From positions 2,288-66,287 of the forward strand of contig CAZUBH010000012.1 in NCBI GenBank assembly GCA_964618505.1: a stretch of 64,000 bases of DNA. The letters run 5' to 3'. Origin of the DNA: an uncultured Thermoplasmatales archaeon (lineage in GTDB: Archaea > Thermoplasmatota > E2 > DHVEG-1). The notes under the pieces were generated by a model, which made no database searches, was not told where the DNA came from, and was given only the letters and a program-made list of their open reading frames with translations. The translations under genes were made by a program, and so were the position numbers. Positions 29,669 to 40,001 of the stretch are shown here, in pieces (positions within the stretch are counted from its first letter, which is position 1; every line of letters starts with the position of its first letter).

Positions 29669-30115
29669 ATGTCTGATAATTACAAAAAAATAGAAGATAT
29701 ACTTGGCCACAAATTTAAAGATAAGACTCTTCTCAAAGAAGCTTTAACCCACAAAACTTATGCATTTGAAGCTGACAAACCTGTTGATTATAATGAAAGA
29801 CTTGAATTTTTAGGGGACAGTGTTTTAAACTTTATTGTTTCAGAAGAGCTTTACAAAAGCAATATGTTTCTTTCTGAAGGGGAACTTACAAGAAGAAGAG
29901 CATTCATTGTTAACAATAAAGTGCTGGCAAATATTGCTAAAGATATGTGTATAGGTAAGTATCTGCTATTTGGAGTTGGTGAAAAAAAACAGGATGGGCA
30001 AAAAAATGATACTAATCTTGCAAACGCATTGGAAGCGCTAATTGGGGCAATTTATCTAGACTCTAATATAAAAACCGTTAGAGAGTTTGTTTTAAACAAA
30101 ATTTTTACAAAATAA
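29669..30115 (+). CDS. RNase III catalytic-domain-only protein (Mini-III-like)
   Basis: ERLEFLGDSVLNFIVSEELY matches the RNase III signature ERLEFLGD. It is 148 aa with no dsRBD. Confidence 0.7.
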   Translation: MSDNYKKIEDILGHKFKDKTLLKEALTHKTYAFEADKPVDYNERLEFLGDSVLNFIVSEELYKSNMFLSEGELTRRRAFIVNNKVLANIAKDMCIGKYLLFGVGEKKQDGQKNDTNLANALEALIGAIYLDSNIKTVREFVLNKIFTK

Positions 30116-30543
30116 TATCTATTTAAAAATAAGTACAAAATATTTATAGAAAAATTTATATAATAAACATTTATCCCTTGTCTCAATCAAGGTAATCGAA
30201 TGGGGACCATTTTTCCTTTAAAATCATTCTCATCACCTCCCCTCCTCCCCATTCATTATCATTTATAAATTAATAAAAAAAATGAATTTTTAAATTTTAA
30301 ATTTTAATTATCCTGCTACCAATCTGATAACAATTCCAAATAGAAATACAGAGGATAATGTAATCAGATAGAATAGAGTCCTCTCCCAATCTTCCTCGAC
30401 TACTATTCCCATCCTTTTGTCACCGGATAACAGATTTTTTTTTAACTTTTAAACTTTTCTAAATTTTACTCGTCATATGACGACAATAAATAATAGAAGA
30501 TGTAATTAAGAAAAAATGCATTCCTATTATAGATGGTGATTTC

Positions 30544-30957
30544 GTGTTTGTAAAAGATTTGATGTCAAAAAACGTAGTTACTATTGAAGAAGATGAACTT
30601 GTTTATGACGCTTGCAAAACTTTAAAGAATAAAGGAGTTGGGTGTCTCATAGTTACAAAAAATGGAGTAGTAAATGGAATTATCACCGAAAGAGACATGA
30701 TTGACAGAATAATACTTGACCAAAGAGACCCAAAGAAAACTAAAGTTTTTGACGTTATGACAAAAAATATCAAAACAATACATGCGTCTGCAAAATTAGA
30801 ACAGGCAGCCGAAATTATGAGTAAAAATAAGATAAAGAGATTACCTGTAATACTAAATAACGAAATATCCGGTATCATAACAGTTACAGATCTTGCAAAT
30901 ACCATGCCCAACTTTGTAAAAGAGTTTATTGAAGAACAGCCATTTAAGTTTATTTAA
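30544..30957 (+). CDS. CBS domain pair protein
   Basis: 137 aa with two CBS-like repeats (VVTIEEDELVYDACKTL..GCLIVT and TIHASAKLEQAAEIMSKNKIKRLPV). Confidence 0.65.
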   Translation: MFVKDLMSKNVVTIEEDELVYDACKTLKNKGVGCLIVTKNGVVNGIITERDMIDRIILDQRDPKKTKVFDVMTKNIKTIHASAKLEQAAEIMSKNKIKRLPVILNNEISGIITVTDLANTMPNFVKEFIEEQPFKFI

Positions 30958-31002
30958 CAATTATTAAAAAGAGAAATCCTCATTATAATATATGTTGGCG
31001 AA

Positions 31003-31566
31003 TTATTTTTCTTCTGTATATTTCCAATCTTTATAGTTAGTCATTCTAGATTTGTAGTTTTTTGTTTTTTCACTTTCATCATCCGAAAACAAAGTGTCCA
31101 CAATAATGCCCTCAATGTCTCTTAAAAAAATCTTACTTTCATCTTCATCATAGTCTGTCGTAAATATATTACCGTCTTTGTAAATTACACCTACCTCAGA
31201 GTTATAATTGGGCTCATTATCAAGCATTAGTTCTGAATCGTATTCGGTAATATCGTCTAATCTTTTAAGTTGATAACAATCCTCAGCCATGCCAATCATG
31301 GTTCTATAAACTCGAATTTTTTTGGTGTCGTTTTCAGTTTTTATCTGATCTTTAATGCTTGTAACAATTGCTGGGATGTCCTGAGGTTCTATTTCTAATA
31401 ATATCTTTTTCCAAAACCAATTGTATAGCTTGCTTGCTCTTGCATTTATGTGTTCTGGTTGTTTTTCAGGGTATAAAATTATCCTGCCGTTTAGTGTTCT
31501 GTGTTTTTTTCTCCATTCAGTTCTTTTTTGATCAAGCTCTCTTTTTCTATTGTTCTGAGACATCAC
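31003..31566 (-). CDS. hypothetical protein
   Basis: 187 aa with no recognisable motif. The N-terminus is basic and the C-terminus acidic. Confidence 0.3.
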   Translation of the reverse strand: MMSQNNRKRELDQKRTEWRKKHRTLNGRIILYPEKQPEHINARASKLYNWFWKKILLEIEPQDIPAIVTSIKDQIKTENDTKKIRVYRTMIGMAEDCYQLKRLDDITEYDSELMLDNEPNYNSEVGVIYKDGNIFTTDYDEDESKIFLRDIEGIIVDTLFSDDESEKTKNYKSRMTNYKDWKYTEEK

Positions 31567-31646
31567 ATATTACTATTACAACCTCCATTATTTAAATATT
31601 TGTGAAAAAATACTAAACGACTATTATAGCAGAATAATTTATATTA

Positions 31647-32549
31647 ATGAATTCTATTAATCTTAAGGGGAGCTGTTTGGAAGAAATAATACGTACAGAA
31701 AATCTCACAAAATACTATGGCAACATTAAAGGTATAGAAAATGTTAGTTTCTCTGTTAAAAAGGGAGAAATATTTGGATTTCTGGGACCAAATGGCGCAG
31801 GTAAAACAACAACAATAAGAACTCTTTTAGGATTTTTAAAACCTACCTCTGGAAATGCTTACATTTTTGGCTTAAATATAAAAGAAGATGGTAAAGATAT
31901 CAAACAAAATATCGGTTATATACCTGGAGATTTGAATCTTTATAATCACATTACAGGTGGTCAATTTATTGATTACTTTATAAAATTAAGAGATACTGGA
32001 GCATATCTGCTTGACGATTTACTTTCAATATTTGAAATTCCGTTAGATAGAAAAATTAAAGGTTACTCCAAAGGAATGAAACAAAAATTAGGTATAATTC
32101 AGGCTTTTATGCATGATCCAGAGCTTGTCATTATGGATGAGCCGACATCTAGCCTTGATCCTCTACTTCAACAAAATTTTTATAATTTCATAAAAAAAGA
32201 AAAAAAGAAAGGAAAAACTATGTTTTTTTCATCCCATATCTTAAGCGAAGTTGATAAGATATGCGACAGAGTTGGAATAATAAAAAAGGGAAGTATAGTA
32301 ACTTTAGAAGATATTGAAACTCTCAAAGATAAAAAAGGAAAAATAATTAAAGTAAAAATAAAAGAAAAACCAGGAAAATTTAAGGGCCCAAAGAACATAA
32401 AAGTAAAAGATGGATGGATACAATTTGTTGCAACTGATGATATTGACAAATGGATAAAAAAATTAGCAAAATATACAATTATCGATTTGGAAATAAACGA
32501 ATTTAGCTTAGAAGATATCTTTTTACATTATTATGAGGGTAGCAAATGA
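31647..32549 (+). CDS. ABC transporter ATP-binding protein (ABC-2 type exporter)
   Basis: Walker A GPNGAGKTT, signature YSKGMKQKLG and Walker B VIMDEPTSSLD are all present. Confidence 0.85.
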   Translation: MNSINLKGSCLEEIIRTENLTKYYGNIKGIENVSFSVKKGEIFGFLGPNGAGKTTTIRTLLGFLKPTSGNAYIFGLNIKEDGKDIKQNIGYIPGDLNLYNHITGGQFIDYFIKLRDTGAYLLDDLLSIFEIPLDRKIKGYSKGMKQKLGIIQAFMHDPELVIMDEPTSSLDPLLQQNFYNFIKKEKKKGKTMFFSSHILSEVDKICDRVGIIKKGSIVTLEDIETLKDKKGKIIKVKIKEKPGKFKGPKNIKVKDGWIQFVATDDIDKWIKKLAKYTIIDLEINEFSLEDIFLHYYEGSK

Positions 32550-33352
32550 GCAGTTTGTTTAATTTTCAAATGACAGTTCAAACAATTAAAGATAATTTCA
32601 AAATTACATTAATTGTTACATTACTTTTTATGGGAATGGCTGCAATGTATGCTGGCATGTACCCAACATTTAAAGAAAGTTTGTTAGAGCTTACTGAAGG
32701 GTTTTCTGATTCTTTTGGTTGGCTTTCAGGCGTTGAAGATATGGCATCTTATGTTGGTTTTTTAAATGTTGAAATGTATCAGATATTTTGGCTGTTGATT
32801 CTTGCAATTTTGATTGGTTTTATTGCTGCATCTACTATCTCAAAAGAGGTAGAGGGAAAGACTATAGATTTATTATTATCAAACCCTGTTTCCAGAAAAC
32901 AGATTATTTTTGAAAAATATATAGCAATGATTCCTATGATTTTAATAATAAATTTTGCTACATTTATTGCTGTATACGCAACTACCATTGCTATAGATGA
33001 AGAAATCAATCTTGGATATTTATTTATGACTCATGTAGTGTCCATACCTTATTTTCTAGCAGTTTTGGGCATAGGTTTTGTTATTTCTGTGATAGTTGAC
33101 GAGAAAATGAAAGCCAGCATTGTAATGGTAGCAATTATCGTTGGCATGTACATTTTTGAGTCTATCAGTTTAATGGCATCTGATTATGAGGCATTGGGCC
33201 TGCTTTCAATTACTCATTACTTTAATCCTTATGATATCTTAAAGTTTGGAGAAATAGATGTTGTTGGTGTTGTAGTATTGATAGTAGTTACTGTGGAATG
33301 CCTTCTTTTTTCCATGCTATACTTCGATTGGAAAGACATAAACGTTTCATAA
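32546..33352 (+). CDS. ABC-2 family transporter permease
   Basis: 6 TM helices. It overlaps the ATPase stop by 4 nt. Confidence 0.7.
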   Translation: MSSLFNFQMTVQTIKDNFKITLIVTLLFMGMAAMYAGMYPTFKESLLELTEGFSDSFGWLSGVEDMASYVGFLNVEMYQIFWLLILAILIGFIAASTISKEVEGKTIDLLLSNPVSRKQIIFEKYIAMIPMILIINFATFIAVYATTIAIDEEINLGYLFMTHVVSIPYFLAVLGIGFVISVIVDEKMKASIVMVAIIVGMYIFESISLMASDYEALGLLSITHYFNPYDILKFGEIDVVGVVVLIVVTVECLLFSMLYFDWKDINVS

Positions 33353-33399
33353 ACTCTAAATATAAAAATTACATTTGAAAAACATAATTGGGGGTTTAA

Positions 33400-35211
33400 G
33401 TGGTGAAAGGAAAAATATTATTATTAATGCTGATTTGCATTCTTCTTTTTTCAAATTTTAGCATTGCTCAAGAAAATGATTGTGGATGTGATGAAGCATA
33501 TAATGCAAATATAAAAAGTAATAATTATAGAACTGGCCTTTTAACAGGTGGACCAAAAATACCGCAAGGAGTTGTTTTTAAAGAAGAATCACCAACTTCA
33601 TGGGACTGGAGAGACGCAGAATATGAAGGAATCTCAGGGGATTGGACCACAGAAATCAAAAATCAAGGTTCATGTGGAAGTTGTTATGCTTTTGGTTCCT
33701 ATGCATCTTTAGAATCGCTAATAAAAATTAAAAGTAAAGACCCTTTTTTATCTGTTGATCTTTCAGAGCAATTCATGGTATCTTGTGGTGAAGAATGGGT
33801 CGATGGAATTCTTGGTTGTAATGGCGCATATTTTGTTCCAACATTTGAATTTTTAGAACAATTCGGAGCAATACCTGAAACTTGCTTCCCATACGTAAGC
33901 GGAGGGAGTGGATATGTTCCTCCCTGTTCAGATAAATGCCCAAATTGGCAAGACCTTCTAATAGAAATTGATGGATGGGGTGTTGTTTCATCAGATGTTG
34001 AATCAATACAAAATGCTTTGATACAATATGGTCCGCTTGTAACTACTATGGTAGTTTATGATGATTTCCACTCTTATCCTGGAGGCATATATGAGCATCC
34101 TGGAAGTGACCCAGATCCAACAAACCACATCGTTTGTATCGTTGGATATGATGATTCTCAGGGGTATTGGATATGTAAAAACAGTTGGGGAACTGGTTGG
34201 GGAGAGAATGGTTGGTTCAGAATTGCCTATGGCGATTGTAAAATCGAACAAGACACTGCATATCTTCAATATACAGATCAAACTGCACCCCAGATTAAAG
34301 TAAAAATGCATAGAATAAAAGAAATTGGAGAAATTGATACTTTTATTGAATTTGGTGCTGACTGGTCTTATAAAATATCAGTTTTTAATGGAGATAGTTG
34401 GACTGAACAAATAAACAATGATTACTCATCAAATGAAGATGATCACATAGAAGATGTTGTTCATAGTTTTAATGTATATGCTGCTGAACCAGAGATTACA
34501 ATAAAGGTTTGGGACAGGGATCTTTTAAGTGGTGATGATTTAGCTGATGTTTCGGGTTATGAAGGAGGTGGTGCAGATAATGATATTTCTGATAGAAGAG
34601 GCGCTATTTTTCATTGTAAATATGATGTAGTAAATAACGAAATAATAGAATTAGACACAATTATTGAAGATGGAAGTTATTACACAAGCTCAGGTACTTA
34701 TAATCCAGATGGGGGGGATAATAGTGATGAAGAAAATGACGCAAAGGTTTGGTTTGATATTTTTGATACATATGAATCTCCTGATGCTGATCTAAAAATT
34801 TATGGCGGTATTCAAGCTGAGGTAGAATCTGGACAAAAAAACTGCAATTTGGGCTCATTTACAGTGGAAAATATAGGTGAAGATCCCTACAGCATATCTG
34901 ATTCATATTTAGATTGGGAGATATTTGAAACTCCTGATTGGGGCTCTAATTGGAGATTTGAGCCAGAGTATGGAGAAGACTTAATAACGGGAGATATTAC
35001 AAATGTTGAGGTTTTTGTAGATGCCCCAAGTCAAGAAGATGATTTTTCAGGAACAATAAAACTACGAAACTCTGAAAATTACAATGACGAGGAGTCTGTA
35101 CTTGTCAATTTAAAAACTCCTATAACAAATAAAGGAATCTTCTGGCAAATCTTAGAATTTTTACAAAATATATTTGAGAAATTGTTTGGATTTATAGGTT
35201 TTCTTACTTAA
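33400..35211 (+). CDS. secreted papain-family cysteine peptidase (C1A) with about 300-aa acidic C-terminal extension
   Basis: GTG start with GGGGG RBS and a signal peptide. The catalytic Cys is in QGSCGSCYAF, the His in NHIVCIVGYDD and the Asn/Trp in KNSWGTGWGENGWFRI. The C-terminal half is rich in D/E/G/Y/W and has no known motif. Confidence 0.8.
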   Translation: MVKGKILLLMLICILLFSNFSIAQENDCGCDEAYNANIKSNNYRTGLLTGGPKIPQGVVFKEESPTSWDWRDAEYEGISGDWTTEIKNQGSCGSCYAFGSYASLESLIKIKSKDPFLSVDLSEQFMVSCGEEWVDGILGCNGAYFVPTFEFLEQFGAIPETCFPYVSGGSGYVPPCSDKCPNWQDLLIEIDGWGVVSSDVESIQNALIQYGPLVTTMVVYDDFHSYPGGIYEHPGSDPDPTNHIVCIVGYDDSQGYWICKNSWGTGWGENGWFRIAYGDCKIEQDTAYLQYTDQTAPQIKVKMHRIKEIGEIDTFIEFGADWSYKISVFNGDSWTEQINNDYSSNEDDHIEDVVHSFNVYAAEPEITIKVWDRDLLSGDDLADVSGYEGGGADNDISDRRGAIFHCKYDVVNNEIIELDTIIEDGSYYTSSGTYNPDGGDNSDEENDAKVWFDIFDTYESPDADLKIYGGIQAEVESGQKNCNLGSFTVENIGEDPYSISDSYLDWEIFETPDWGSNWRFEPEYGEDLITGDITNVEVFVDAPSQEDDFSGTIKLRNSENYNDEESVLVNLKTPITNKGIFWQILEFLQNIFEKLFGFIGFLT

Positions 35212-36061
35212 CCAGTAAAACAGAATAATTACATTTTTCTGTTATTTTCCTTTTGATATTTCTTATTGGTATGCCTAAAACATCCCTTTTTTTCTTTTCT
35301 CTACCTAAAATAACAATTCCTGCGTTAAAATCCTCTGCCGATTTAATTGTTTGCTTTTCAAGACTGCCTTTAACAAGCTCTGATTTAATGTTCTTTTTTT
35401 GAATGTGTGCAACAAATTCTTGACCGTTTGCAATTAAATAATTTTGAGGCTTTTTTTCTGATCTTTTTCCGCTGCTATCAACCTGGACGCTGTCTTCAAC
35501 ATCCACTACATAAATTATTTTCAAATCCCAGCCAAGGATTTCAGATATTTTCATACTTATTTCAGGAACTTTTTTATTTGGCGCCAGATTAGAACATACC
35601 GCAAGAATTGACTTATTTTTATTACCGGACTCTATCCAAACAGGCGTATCTATATCATCAAATAATTTATAATTTAAAATACATTCTTTTTCAAAGCCCA
35701 TCAAAACAAGATCATATTTATCTTTGTTTATTTGTCCTTTAATAACATTTGAAAATTCTCCTTCAGCAATATCCTTTTCAATTGGGATTCCTCTTCTTTT
35801 AAAAAATAATTCTGCCTCTTCAAATATGATTTCATTTGCTTTTTTAATATGTTCTCCAATTACTTCTTTTTTAGTTTCTTCAATGTTATAATAAGTCCTA
35901 TATGAATCTGAAAGCTTATTTGCTTGATCTAGGGTCTTTTCTTCTATTATAAATAGAATTTTTATTTTACTATGAAAGTTTTTTACTAGAATTTCGGCAG
36001 TTTTAAATATCTCTTTTTTAAAAAATTCTGATGAAATTGGAATCAATACATTTTCAAACAA
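35204..36061 (-). CDS. universal stress protein family (tandem UspA-like domains)
   Basis: Two alpha/beta repeats of about 140 aa of the UspA type. The call is weak and rests on pattern only. Confidence 0.4.
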   Translation of the reverse strand: MFENVLIPISSEFFKKEIFKTAEILVKNFHSKIKILFIIEEKTLDQANKLSDSYRTYYNIEETKKEVIGEHIKKANEIIFEEAELFFKRRGIPIEKDIAEGEFSNVIKGQINKDKYDLVLMGFEKECILNYKLFDDIDTPVWIESGNKNKSILAVCSNLAPNKKVPEISMKISEILGWDLKIIYVVDVEDSVQVDSSGKRSEKKPQNYLIANGQEFVAHIQKKNIKSELVKGSLEKQTIKSAEDFNAGIVILGREKKKRDVLGIPIRNIKRKITEKCNYSVLLVK

Positions 36062-36094
36062 AGTATTTTCCTCCTATTTTAGAAAAATTTGATT

Positions 36095-37549
36095 TCAAAT
36101 TCCAAGAACCCCCATCCAATAAATAGCTGCAACTGCAAAAATTACCATAATACAGGCAAAATTTGCAAGAGCTCCTGCTTTGAAAAGATCTTTTGTTGAA
36201 AAATAACCAGAAGAGTAAGTTATTGCATTGCCCGGTGTTGCTATTACAAACATAAAGGCAAGTCCTCCGCTAAGTGCAATTATTAGAGATGCAAGAAGAG
36301 GGCTTATCCCAGGAATTTCAGCAGATATGGCAATTCCAATAGGTAGCAAAATAGCAACAGCACCAACATTTGACATTAAATTTGTCAGAAGAACTGTAAG
36401 GATAATTATTCCAATAATTACCAAATAAGGATTTCCGTTAAAAATATTGAATAAACTATGAGCAAACCAGGCTCCGGCGCCTGTTTTTTGCATTCCTATG
36501 CCAAGAGTAATTGCCCCTCCATAAAGCAGTATTATGCCCCATGGAACTCTTTTTTCAACATCTTTCCAAGTAATACTGCCTGTTGCAAATAGTAAAAATG
36601 AGCCTAAAATTGCAATGACGGCAAGTCCAAAATATTCTGGAGATGAAAAGAAAATCCAAAGTATAATGGTAAGTATCAAAATAAACAAAACAATAAGTTC
36701 ATTTTTAGTTATTTTTCCAACTTTAATAACTTGATTTTTTATTTCTCTTTTTGCGGAAGTAACATTTTTTATCTCAATAGGAAAAGATATTTGTAAAATC
36801 AACCAAACTAAAGGAAGAGAAATGAACACTACGGGCATTGAATATGCCATCCAATCAAAAAATGTGACAATAATTGGATTTTCTAAATCTGCAAGTATTC
36901 CAACAGTAAGAGGGTTTCTTGCACCGCCAACAAGTGTTCCCAAACTTCCTATTGAACACCCATAAGCAATAGATAGCATGCTAATTTTGCCAAAATTGCT
37001 TTGTCTCGGAATTATTTTCATTGCAATAAGTATTGACAAGACAATAGGTAAAAACAAAGCAGCCACACCATGTTCTGGCATAATAAAAGATAGAAAAGCA
37101 CACGAACACATTATTCCAAATGTAAACATTTTTGGACTATCTTCAAAAAAACTAAGAAGTTTTAATGCGATTCTTTTGTGAAGTCCGTGCTTTTCAACAG
37201 CACTTGCAAGTATAAATGCTCCTATTAAAAAGAAGATAGCTTGATTACCAAAAGAAGAAAAAACATCATTTGCAGGCATTATGCCAAGTATAGGCTGAAT
37301 TATCATAATAAGAAGTCCAGTAACAGCCAGAGGAATTGGCTCTGTTATCCAAAGAATTGCACCCATTATTAAAATCGCTACCATCATTTTACCGTTGTGG
37401 GACAGTCCTTCAGGGGTGGGAAGAAAATAGAAAATTATTATTAAAAAAAATGCTAAAAAAATAAAAAATAAATTTTTCTTGGAAAAACTTGATGTTTTTC
37501 CTTTAATCAATCGAAAATCATCATAATTTTCATTGTTTTTTTGATTCAA
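36095..37549 (-). CDS. anion permease of the ArsB/NhaD/DASS (SLC13-like) superfamily
   Basis: 484 aa with about 12-14 TM helices and an internal duplicated topology. Gly/Pro-rich hairpin-like motifs (GSLGTLVGGARN, GNAITYSSG) are present. Confidence 0.5.
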   Translation of the reverse strand: MNQKNNENYDDFRLIKGKTSSFSKKNLFFIFLAFFLIIIFYFLPTPEGLSHNGKMMVAILIMGAILWITEPIPLAVTGLLIMIIQPILGIMPANDVFSSFGNQAIFFLIGAFILASAVEKHGLHKRIALKLLSFFEDSPKMFTFGIMCSCAFLSFIMPEHGVAALFLPIVLSILIAMKIIPRQSNFGKISMLSIAYGCSIGSLGTLVGGARNPLTVGILADLENPIIVTFFDWMAYSMPVVFISLPLVWLILQISFPIEIKNVTSAKREIKNQVIKVGKITKNELIVLFILILTIILWIFFSSPEYFGLAVIAILGSFLLFATGSITWKDVEKRVPWGIILLYGGAITLGIGMQKTGAGAWFAHSLFNIFNGNPYLVIIGIIILTVLLTNLMSNVGAVAILLPIGIAISAEIPGISPLLASLIIALSGGLAFMFVIATPGNAITYSSGYFSTKDLFKAGALANFACIMVIFAVAAIYWMGVLGI

Positions 37550-37670
37550 CTCTTATTACCTGCCTTTTCCCCTCAATCATGTAAATAAAATAATGGTTTA
37601 ATAAATTTGATAAACAATATTTTCAAAATTTTTCTAATTTAGGAAATATTTATATATTTAAATAAAAATA

Positions 37671-38966
37671 GTGTTAAATGGGAAAATGAAGAAACTAGTA
37701 ATTTTATTTATCACATTATTTCTATTGTTAACTACAATGAGTCAAGCTATTTATCCAATACAAAGAAAATCTAGTAATTTTGAAATAAATTTAGAGATGG
37801 AAGACATAATTCAAGATATAAACGAATCTTTAGTTTTTTATTATCACAATAGATTAATGGATTTTGGCCCGAGATACACGGGATCTATCAACTGCAGGCT
37901 TGCCGGAGAATGGATACACAATGAGTTTGAATCAATGGGTCTTTATGCAGAATTTCACGATTGGAGATGTGCAGGATTTGAAAGTAAAAATATAGTTGCC
38001 ACTTTACCAGGCTCAAATGAGTCAAGCACCGCAATAATTATTTTTAGCGCTCATTACGATTGCACACCAGATTCCCTTGGCGCAGACGATGATGGATCGG
38101 GCGTTGCTGCTATAATGGCCGCAGCAAAAGTTCTCAGCGGGCATTCATTTAACCATACAATTCAATTCATAGCATTTTCAGGTGAAGAAGTTGGAACCTA
38201 CGGAAGTTTTTGCTATGCTCAGGATGCTTATGGGCGAGAAGACAACATTTATGCAGTTATCAATGCAGATATGATAGGGTATGCAGATACAAGCAAGGGT
38301 GGAAGAATTATTAATTTTCATTGTCCTGAAAGATCAAGATGGATTGCAGATTTTGCAAGCAGATTAAGTGATAAATATCTTGATTTAGTAGATATAGGAG
38401 TTGAGACTCGCCCAAACTATATTGGTGCTGATCATCAAGCATTTTCTTACTATGGATATGACGGAGTTTGGATTGCACATCATGATGGATACCAATGGGC
38501 AAATTCTCCAGAGGACACTCCAGATCATATAAATCATACATATCAAGTCAAGGCAACAAAATTTTTGACAGCTCTAGTTGTAGAACTTGCCAGCGAACCA
38601 ATTGAAGTCCAAGTAATGATAAAAACTCCTAATGAGGGAACTTTTTATCTGTTTAACAGACCTATTTTTAAATTGACATTTTCAAGGTTATGGTATTTAG
38701 GTTTTAGAGGCATTACTGTTATAAGAGGCAGAACTGTCGCAAGTGCTGAAGTACTTAGTTGTGAAGAAATAGAAAAAGTAGTTTTTTGTATAGATGGAAA
38801 CTTTATGTATTGGGACTACGAACCACCTTATGAATGGGAAATACAAGGAAGATTCGCAGGTCTTTTTGGCAGGCATACATTAAAAGTTTATACTTATACA
38901 ACAACAGGAAAAATTGCATCTGATGAGATGGACATAAATATTAGGACTTTAAACAAGATGTACTAA
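37671..38966 (+). CDS. secreted M28-family zinc aminopeptidase
   Basis: Signal peptide. Zn ligands are in HYDCTP, DDDGSGVAAIM, FSGEEVGTYGS and DMIGY. There is a C-terminal beta-sandwich extension. Confidence 0.8.
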   Translation: MLNGKMKKLVILFITLFLLLTTMSQAIYPIQRKSSNFEINLEMEDIIQDINESLVFYYHNRLMDFGPRYTGSINCRLAGEWIHNEFESMGLYAEFHDWRCAGFESKNIVATLPGSNESSTAIIIFSAHYDCTPDSLGADDDGSGVAAIMAAAKVLSGHSFNHTIQFIAFSGEEVGTYGSFCYAQDAYGREDNIYAVINADMIGYADTSKGGRIINFHCPERSRWIADFASRLSDKYLDLVDIGVETRPNYIGADHQAFSYYGYDGVWIAHHDGYQWANSPEDTPDHINHTYQVKATKFLTALVVELASEPIEVQVMIKTPNEGTFYLFNRPIFKLTFSRLWYLGFRGITVIRGRTVASAEVLSCEEIEKVVFCIDGNFMYWDYEPPYEWEIQGRFAGLFGRHTLKVYTYTTTGKIASDEMDINIRTLNKMY

Positions 38967-39006
38967 AAGTTAGTTTTATATACGACGCTGTCTTATAAAA
39001 ATTAAA

Positions 39007-39675
39007 ATGAGAAAATCATATCTGGTAAGTCTAAATTGTATTATCATATTTTTTATTGTTTCAACTCCTGGCGGATATAGTTCAGAAAATATCGAAATTA
39101 AATCTTGTAAAAAATTACTTTTAACTGGTTTTGAACCATTTGACATATTTCATATTAATCCATCTGAACTAATCGTTGAAAATTTAGATGAGCAAATAAT
39201 AGCTGATAAAGAGATCATTGGATTTGTTTTACCAGTAGATTTTGATAAATCATTAGAAAATATTACAGATTTGATTGAATTATACGAGCCAGATTTTGTT
39301 GTCAGCCTTGGTCTTGATGCAAGTGCTGAATTAATTGAGGTGGAGAAATGTGGTATAAATTTAAAAAGAGGGGAAGGCGATATTTTGCCATGCAGATTAG
39401 ATCGTTCAGGACCATTTTTTAGATTTTCTGATTTTAATGAAAGAGAAATTGTAAAAGAATTAAAAGATGAGGGAATTAAAGCACAACAGAGTTTTTTTGC
39501 AGGTCTTTATGTTTGTAATGCAGTATTGTATGGAACTTTAGATTATATAGATGACAAGAACTTAGATATAAAATCAGGTTTTATCCACGTTCCTTTGCTT
39601 GATACCCAAGATCCTTCTGGAATGAGTATTGATGAATTGATTAGTGCAACAAAAATAATCATAAAGTCTTTGTAA
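39007..39675 (+). CDS. pcp: pyroglutamyl-peptidase I (peptidase C15) with N-terminal signal/anchor
   Basis: LLTGFEPF at the N-terminus, the catalytic Cys in GLYVCNAVLY and the His in FIHVPLL. A hydrophobic leader (LVSLNCIIIFFIVSTPGG) precedes them. Confidence 0.75.
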   Translation: MRKSYLVSLNCIIIFFIVSTPGGYSSENIEIKSCKKLLLTGFEPFDIFHINPSELIVENLDEQIIADKEIIGFVLPVDFDKSLENITDLIELYEPDFVVSLGLDASAELIEVEKCGINLKRGEGDILPCRLDRSGPFFRFSDFNEREIVKELKDEGIKAQQSFFAGLYVCNAVLYGTLDYIDDKNLDIKSGFIHVPLLDTQDPSGMSIDELISATKIIIKSL

Positions 39676-39728
39676 TAATTTAAAGAATCTAAAAAGTTTT
39701 ATAAACAAAAAAATACTGACAAATTATT

Positions 39729-39992
39729 ATGAGAGATTTAACAAAAGCACAATTAACAATTGGACTTTTAGCTTTTTTTGCAACTATGTGGAGTCTTGTT
39801 AAAAATGCTATGACCTCATCAGATGATATTATTGTCTCTGTAGGAATCATAATTGTTTTACTTGTAGTACAAATAATACTTTCTATCGTAATTCTTGGCT
39901 TATTGCAGTGGGTTAACATATACGATTTAAAAACAAATTCTTTGATTACGTTTATAATTCTAGTTGTAGTAGGTTTAACTGCAACATTATAA
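39729..39992 (+). CDS. small membrane protein (2 TM)
   Basis: 87 aa with two hydrophobic helices. Confidence 0.3.
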   Translation: MRDLTKAQLTIGLLAFFATMWSLVKNAMTSSDDIIVSVGIIIVLLVVQIILSIVILGLLQWVNIYDLKTNSLITFIILVVVGLTATL

Positions 39993-40001
39993 AATTTTTT
40001 A

